Part shown: in pieces, positions 33,243 through 38,778 of the stretch
Position numbering within the stretch: the stretch's first letter is position 1
How the letters are laid out: each line of letters opens with the position of its first letter
DNA from: a virus
Lineage: Duplodnaviria; Caudoviricetes
Reading direction: 5' to 3' (one strand)
Length of the DNA: 38,778 nt
Virus record (IMG/VR): IMGVR_UViG_3300012347_000380
Location: 1 to 38,778 of that record
The notes under the pieces: model-generated
Databases searched by the model: none
The model's input: only the letters and a program-made list of their open reading frames with translations
Told to the model about the DNA's origin: nothing
Translations under genes and position numbers: made by a program

Positions 33243-34708
33243 TCCACCTCCGAGACTACCAAGGCGAGCTGGTGACCGACGTTCGAAACGCGTTCCGGGC
33301 CGGGAAGAAATCGCCCCTCGTCGTATCGCCGACCGGATCGGGCAAGACCGTCCTGTTCGCCTACATCGCCGACGGCACGAGCAAGAAGGGCAACACGGTC
33401 CTGATCCTCGTGCACCGTTCCGAGCTCATCGATCAGACGTCCAAGACGCTCCACATGTTCGGTGTCGGCCATGGCATGATCGCCGCTGGTAGGACGCCCG
33501 ACCGCACCCATCCCGTGCAGGTCGCCAGTGTCCAGACGCTCGCCCGCCGACTCCATGTGTTCAAGCCGACGCTGATCATCATTGACGAGGCCCACCACGG
33601 CACCGCTGGCCAATGGCGCAAGATCATCGACGCCAATCCGCAGGCCCGGATCCTCGGTGTCACCGCCACGCCCGAACGTCTCGACGGTCGAGGCCTGGGC
33701 GAGGTGTTCGACGAGCTGATCCGTGGTCCCGAAGTCCGCGACTTGGTCCGCAACGGTCACCTGTGCCAGCCGGTCTATTTCGCACCGCCGATGACTGCCG
33801 ACCTCGGCAACGTCCACAAGGTGGCGGGCGACTTCAACAAGGCCGAACTCGCTGCCGCAATGGACAAGGCGAGCATCACCGGCGACGCGGTCGAGCATTA
33901 CGCCCGGATCTGCAAGGGTGCCCCATCGGTCGCTTTTTGCGCATCGATCGCACACGCTCAGCACGTCGCCGAACAGTTCAACGCCGCTGGATTCAAGGCC
34001 GCGACGATCGACGGCACGCTCGACCGGGACACCCGGCGCGAAGTGGTCCGCATGCTCGGTGACGGGCGATTGAACGTCCTCACGAGCTGCGAGATCATCA
34101 ACGAAGGTTTCGACCTGCCCATCGTGACCGGCGCTATCCTTCTTCGCCCGACCATGTCGCTCGCCGTGCACCTTCAGCAAATCGGCCGCGTTCTTCGACC
34201 CGCACCGGGCAAGGAACGGGCGATTATCCTCGACCACGTGGGCAACCTTGCACGCCATGGATTCGCCGAGGACGTGCGGGATTGGACGCTCGACGGTCGG
34301 AAGAAAAATACCGGGAAAAAACGCGACGACGAGCCCGCTCTGGACGTGTCGCAATGCCCGCAGTGCTTTTGCTGCCACGATCCCGCGCCGACCTGTCCGG
34401 CCTGCGGTTGGGCATACCCACTCCGGAACCGCCAGATCGAGCAACGTGACGGCGAGCTGAAGCAACTCACCGATGACCGGCAATGCGACTGCGGAACGAT
34501 CCATTCGAAGTGGGACATCCGCTGTCCGTCCTGCGACAAGTTCACCGACCCACAACGCCAGCGGAAAGCCGAACAGTACCAAGCTCAGACGTTTGAGGAT
34601 CTGGTCGCCATCGGCCGCAAGCGAGGGATGAACAACCCGCGTGGATGGGCAACCCACGTGATGCGGGCTCGACAAGCGAAAACCAACAATCATGCTCCGG
34701 TCGAATGA
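33239..34708 (+). CDS. superfamily II DEAD/DEAH helicase with C-terminal Zn fingers
   Basis: LRDYQ, SPTGSGKT, DEAHH, TATP, EGFDLP, QQIGRVLR and CxxC pairs. Confidence 0.95.
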   Translation: MIHLRDYQGELVTDVRNAFRAGKKSPLVVSPTGSGKTVLFAYIADGTSKKGNTVLILVHRSELIDQTSKTLHMFGVGHGMIAAGRTPDRTHPVQVASVQTLARRLHVFKPTLIIIDEAHHGTAGQWRKIIDANPQARILGVTATPERLDGRGLGEVFDELIRGPEVRDLVRNGHLCQPVYFAPPMTADLGNVHKVAGDFNKAELAAAMDKASITGDAVEHYARICKGAPSVAFCASIAHAQHVAEQFNAAGFKAATIDGTLDRDTRREVVRMLGDGRLNVLTSCEIINEGFDLPIVTGAILLRPTMSLAVHLQQIGRVLRPAPGKERAIILDHVGNLARHGFAEDVRDWTLDGRKKNTGKKRDDEPALDVSQCPQCFCCHDPAPTCPACGWAYPLRNRQIEQRDGELKQLTDDRQCDCGTIHSKWDIRCPSCDKFTDPQRQRKAEQYQAQTFEDLVAIGRKRGMNNPRGWATHVMRARQAKTNNHAPVE

Positions 34709-35097
34709 GCGAGCACCACACCCAGCAAGAGATCCGACTTGCCCTCTCGAACGGGGACAGCCGGGTATTCCGGAACAACGTCGGAGTCGGATGGACTGGA
34801 ACCGTCAAACGACTGCCAGGCGGAAGAGTCCTTATCGAGGACGCCCGACCTCTCGACGCTGGGCTCTGCAAGGGATCGTCCGACCTGATCGGTTGGAAGT
34901 CCATCACGGTCACACCGGAGATGGTCGGGCGGTCCCTCGCCGTATTCGTCGCCGTGGAGGTCAAAGGACCGAAGACCAGAATAACACCCGAGCAAACGAA
35001 TTTTATTGACCGCGTGATCTCAGCCGGTGGACTGGCCGGGATTGCAAGGTCCGTCAAAGACGCTCGCAACATCACCAACCACATCAACCAACCATGA
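34705..35097 (+). CDS. VRR-NUC domain nuclease
   Basis: MSEH..QQEI, FRNNVG, GSSDLIG and VEVK...TPEQ; ATG at 34705. Confidence 0.9.
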   Translation: MSEHHTQQEIRLALSNGDSRVFRNNVGVGWTGTVKRLPGGRVLIEDARPLDAGLCKGSSDLIGWKSITVTPEMVGRSLAVFVAVEVKGPKTRITPEQTNFIDRVISAGGLAGIARSVKDARNITNHINQP

Positions 35098-35360
35098 TCG
35101 AAAACCAAGGCACCTGCATGCGCCTCTACATGTCGGATCTCGACAAGGGCTCACTCGAAAAGGACGCCGGGAAAACCGCCGTCGTTCTCTACATCGTCCC
35201 GCGCAAAAACCTCCCCCAAGGCGCAACCCACGCCGTCTATCAGCACGTTCCGGGCAAGAAGGGTGAGGATCATCCTCGCGTCGGATTCGCCAGACCCTAC
35301 CGCAACACCTCGAACGTCCCCGCCTATCTCCAAGACTCGCTCGACATGGGCGACGATTGA
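35094..35360 (+). CDS. hypothetical protein
   Basis: 88 aa, ATGA-coupled within the replication operon. Confidence 0.6.
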   Translation: MIENQGTCMRLYMSDLDKGSLEKDAGKTAVVLYIVPRKNLPQGATHAVYQHVPGKKGEDHPRVGFARPYRNTSNVPAYLQDSLDMGDD

Positions 35361-35380
35361 CCCACCACCACCCAACCAGA

Positions 35381-38029
35381 ATGAAAATCGACTTCGAAGC
35401 GGTCAACACCGCTGCCCTCTCATGCCTTGAATCCCTCGTCACCGAATGGTTTCCAGCGGGCCACAAGGAAGGCAACGAATACAAGGTCGGCTCGATTGCC
35501 GGCGAGCCCGGGCGGTCCCTGTCCATCAATCTCCGCACCGGCAGTTGGAAGGATTTCTCATCTGGCGACGGTGGGTCTGATCCGGTCTCATTGCTCGCAG
35601 CAATCCGCAACGTGAAGATGATCGATGCGGCCCGCGAGATTGCCGACCGCCTCAAGACCGGCATCGTTTCACAAGGCGTGCAGGCCGCGCCGAAGCCCGA
35701 TTCATCGGTGTGGGTGCCGATTGTGCCGGTGCCCGAAAACGTGCCAGCTCCGATCTTCAAGCACCGCCGATTTGGCAAGCCGTCGGTGACATGGACCTAC
35801 CGGGACGATGAAGGCCGTCTGATCGGTTTCGTGCATCGCTTCGAGCTGCCCGACGGCGGCAAGGACGTGGTCCCGCAGTCCTATTGCCAGGGAGGCGATG
35901 GTCGGCAGTGGCGATGGCTCTCATTCGCGAAACCACGCCCGCTCTACGGTCTGGATCTGCTCGCCGCGAACCCAACCGCGGGAGTGATCATCGTCGAAGG
36001 CGAAAAAGCCGCCGATGCTGCCCGGACGATCTGCCCGGGCGTCGTCGTTTCATGGCCCGGTGGTGGCAAGGCCGTCCGATACGTTGACTGGTCGCCGCTC
36101 CAAGGCCGGAAGGTCATCATCTGGCCGGATCGAGACGCCCCCGGCATCGAAGCCGCCGCAGCAATCCACAAAGCGATCCAGCCGCTCGCCGCGAGTGTCC
36201 GCGTTGTTTCGCCTCCGGACGGTCCTGCAGATGGATGGGATCTCGCTGATGCTGTCGCCGAGGGATGGCACCGGGCCCGCGTCGTGGCATTCCTCAAACC
36301 CGCACCGGTGGCCGAACGCGAACCCGACCACGCACCCGAACCGCCGCCCGGATGGGATTGCCCGACGGACATCGACCGCGAACCCGACATCAACCCGCGC
36401 ACCATCCGCCATGACGACCGCATCGAGGACCTGCCGTTTCGGATGCTCGGTGTGGACGGTGACCAGTTTTTCTACATGCCCGACCGTGGCCACCAGATCG
36501 TTTCACTCAGCGCATCGGGCCACACCAAGAACAACCTCATGAGGCTGGCCCCGCTTCAGGTGTGGGAGACGGAATTCCCATCTAAGTCCGGGGCAGAGTG
36601 GGACGTGGCCGTCAATGCCCTGATCCAACGCTCGCAGACCCTCCCGAAGTTCGACCCCCGGCGCATCCGGGGCCGTGGGTGTTGGGTGGATGCCGAGGAC
36701 GTCGTTTTCCACGCTGGCGACCGGCTGGTCGTCAACGGCGAGGAGTGCGACATTCCGTTCTATCAATCGCAGGTCCGGGCGATCTACGAGGGGGCACTCG
36801 AAATCCCCGTCGATTCCGCCGAGGTGGCTGCGAACCGCGATTCAGCGAAGCTCATCGAACTATGCGAAATGCTTTCATGGGAGCGCCCGCTCTACGGAAA
36901 ACTCCTCGCCGGGTGGCTGGCAATGGCTCCTGTATGTGGGGCTCTCACCTGGAGGCCTCACCTATGGGTCACCGGGCCGTCTGGATCGGGCAAGAGCTGG
37001 ACTGTGGCCAACATCATCCAGCCATTGTGCGGAAAAGCTGCCCTCAACGTGAAGGGCAACACCTCTGAGGCTTACCTTCGTCAGAAGCTCGGCTGTGACG
37101 CGCTTCCCGTCGTGTTTGACGAAGCCGAATCAGAGGACAGGGCCAGCCAAAAACGATTTGAGGGAGTCCTTGAGTTGGCGCGACAAGCGTCCAGCGAGGA
37201 TTCGTCTGTCATCGGCAAGGGAGGGGCCAACGGCAATGCCGTCGATTATCTGATACGGTCCTGCTTCCTATTCGCCTCGATTGGCGTCGCGGCGGTGAAG
37301 AAGGCCGACACGAGCCGCGTCACGGTCCTCCCATTGCGCAAGAACATCGGACCAGACGCCTCCGCTCACTTCGACAAGGTCAAGTCCCTGTGGCGCGAAA
37401 CGGTCGCTCAAGATCACTACTGCGAGCGCATCCGCTCACGGTCGTTGAGGTTCGCAAAAGTGCTCCGTGTGAACTGTGAGACGTTCTCCTCGGTCGCGGT
37501 CGAGTTCACAGGCGACAAACGCTCAGCCGACCAGATCGGCACGCTCCTCGCCGGGGCATTCAGCCTGACAAGCACCAAGGAGATCAGCAAGGAGGCCGCT
37601 CGCGGGTGGATGGCGAAACAAGACTGGTCCGGCTTCCAATCCGAGGACGTGGACAACGACGAGAACCAATGCGTGGCTCGCCTGTTTGCATCGTCGATTC
37701 GGTTCGAGATGGACGGGAAGTCGATCACCCGTTCGGTCGCCGAGACGGTCGCGACGATCCAATCCATCCCCGACCATTCATCCGACTCCGAACTGGCTCG
37801 GCGCCACGAGCTGAAGGACGCGCTCATCCGGCATGGAATCAGGATGCACCACGACCGGCTCTATGTGGCCAACCAGCACCCGGCTCTTGAACGCATGTTC
37901 CAAGACACTCCTTGGGCCGGGGCCAAGTGGAGGCAGCAGCTCGCACGGGTGGCGGGTGCAAGGGCGGAAAATTCCACGTCGTTCGGAAAATTCCTCAGGC
38001 AGCGGGCGGTGTCGCTCCAGATCGGTTGA
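35381..38029 (+). CDS. bifunctional primase (Toprim)-helicase
   Basis: N-terminal SLSINL..G.WKDF domain, Toprim VEGEKAAD / WPDRD..G / WDLAD, Walker A GPSGSGKS and Walker B VFDEAE. Confidence 0.88.
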   Translation: MKIDFEAVNTAALSCLESLVTEWFPAGHKEGNEYKVGSIAGEPGRSLSINLRTGSWKDFSSGDGGSDPVSLLAAIRNVKMIDAAREIADRLKTGIVSQGVQAAPKPDSSVWVPIVPVPENVPAPIFKHRRFGKPSVTWTYRDDEGRLIGFVHRFELPDGGKDVVPQSYCQGGDGRQWRWLSFAKPRPLYGLDLLAANPTAGVIIVEGEKAADAARTICPGVVVSWPGGGKAVRYVDWSPLQGRKVIIWPDRDAPGIEAAAAIHKAIQPLAASVRVVSPPDGPADGWDLADAVAEGWHRARVVAFLKPAPVAEREPDHAPEPPPGWDCPTDIDREPDINPRTIRHDDRIEDLPFRMLGVDGDQFFYMPDRGHQIVSLSASGHTKNNLMRLAPLQVWETEFPSKSGAEWDVAVNALIQRSQTLPKFDPRRIRGRGCWVDAEDVVFHAGDRLVVNGEECDIPFYQSQVRAIYEGALEIPVDSAEVAANRDSAKLIELCEMLSWERPLYGKLLAGWLAMAPVCGALTWRPHLWVTGPSGSGKSWTVANIIQPLCGKAALNVKGNTSEAYLRQKLGCDALPVVFDEAESEDRASQKRFEGVLELARQASSEDSSVIGKGGANGNAVDYLIRSCFLFASIGVAAVKKADTSRVTVLPLRKNIGPDASAHFDKVKSLWRETVAQDHYCERIRSRSLRFAKVLRVNCETFSSVAVEFTGDKRSADQIGTLLAGAFSLTSTKEISKEAARGWMAKQDWSGFQSEDVDNDENQCVARLFASSIRFEMDGKSITRSVAETVATIQSIPDHSSDSELARRHELKDALIRHGIRMHHDRLYVANQHPALERMFQDTPWAGAKWRQQLARVAGARAENSTSFGKFLRQRAVSLQIG

Positions 38030-38050
38030 AGCTCCACGTAGACCACTCAA

Positions 38051-38084
38051 GGCCCGCACGGTTACCCCGTCGCGGGCTTTTTTT
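38051..38084 (+). terminator. intrinsic terminator after primase-helicase
   Basis: GCCCGC-ACGG...CCGT-C-GCGGGC followed by T7. Confidence 0.8.
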
Positions 38085-38335
38085 GTTGCAAGGTGTTGCG
38101 GGCTAAGTGCCTGAGAATCAAAGGTAATACGCGAAAAACCCGTGCAACGGAACACCCCGGCAAACACCCCCTAATAGATATTAAGACACCTATAGGCATA
38201 TAGAGGCCCTATATAATAATAATAAATATATTCTTGTTGTTGTTGTTGTTGTAGGCGGCAACTCCCAGAAAATCAAAGGCTTAGGCTGCAACCACGACCC
38301 GTTGCACGCCCGTTTCTCGGTTGTTGCGGGTATTT
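38084..38335. other. putative replication origin
   Basis: Strongly AT-rich core (38172-38233), (TTG)6 tract, 10-bp inverted repeat at 38141/38299, and direct repeats TGTTGCGGG and AATCAAAGG. Confidence 0.6.
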
Positions 38336-38383
38336 GTGAGTTTTCGCTCGACATGACCGCGCCCGCCGTCATCAGCTCACCGC

Positions 38384-38778
38384 ATGAACCTGCCACCGAC
38401 CGCTATGGAGTTCGCCCGAATACTCGGGGTTGGTGTCACGCTGAGGCTGGCTGACTGTGCCAGGCGCAATCACCGGAAGGGTCACCCGAGCGGCGGATAC
38501 CGCATCCGCATCCCTGCTCGCGAGATGGCCGACGATCACGCGTTAGTCCGGACACTCGGTAGGGAACATGCCGACATCCTGCATCGTCAATTCGCAGGCG
38601 AGACGATGGCATTCCCGGCCCGACGCATCCGAGCGATCAAGCGAGACATCGAGATTGCACGTGACCACATCCAAGGCATTCCCATTCCCGTGCTGGCGCA
38701 GACCCACGGCGTGAGCGAGCGGACCGTGACGCGAGCCCTCGACAGGGTGAGTCACGGGGACATCGCAAGGGCACAGGG
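38384..38778 (+). CDS. Mor/C-family transcription activator (runs off the window end)
   Basis: MNLPPTAMEFARILGVGVTLRL...DHALVRTLG...FAGETMAFP...RDIEI...LAQTHGVSERTV; absent from the ORF track because no stop codon is reached. Confidence 0.8.
   Translation, partial: MNLPPTAMEFARILGVGVTLRLADCARRNHRKGHPSGGYRIRIPAREMADDHALVRTLGREHADILHRQFAGETMAFPARRIRAIKRDIEIARDHIQGIPIPVLAQTHGVSERTVTRALDRVSHGDIARAQ

Noticed and set aside
33029-34693. Long antisense ORFs (also 6953-8476, 2977-4320, 18977-19972)
   Set aside because: These are shadow frames of well-supported plus-strand genes in high-GC DNA, with no recognisable motifs.
1-38778. CRISPR array, diversity-generating retroelement, or invertible tail-fibre cassette
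   Set aside because: No regularly spaced repeat-spacer units, no reverse transcriptase or TR/VR pair, and no invertase or second fibre end were seen.

Overview
The window is a near-complete, GC-rich temperate myovirus genome in its unintegrated form, since an intact attP (3' half of a tRNA-Met(CAT) flanked by arm-type repeats) lies mid-window. The gene order is: lambda-like packaging/head module (TerS, GpA-type TerL, lambda portal, protease-capsid fusion); P2-like contractile tail (V, W, J, I, fibre, sheath, tube, frameshifted chaperone, tape measure, U, X, split D); recombination and accessory early genes; attP and tyrosine integrase; Cro-like HTH, SF2 helicase, VRR-NUC and primase-helicase; a putative origin; and a Mor/C-type activator running off the end. 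The four most unusual items are: (1) a complete but non-canonical tRNA-Gly(TCC)-like RNA embedded in what looks like an internally deleted mom-like DNA-modification gene; (2) integron attC-like sites bounding small cassette-like genes at two loci, with genes antisense to the canonical attC orientation and an attI-like junction directly upstream of a non-IntI phage integrase; (3) an island holding an initiator-like tRNA-Met plus an array of structured RNAs ending in CCA; and (4) a four-copy late promoter, three copies of which appear to drive leaderless mRNAs. Protein calls rest on motif recognition and synteny only; no searches were run.
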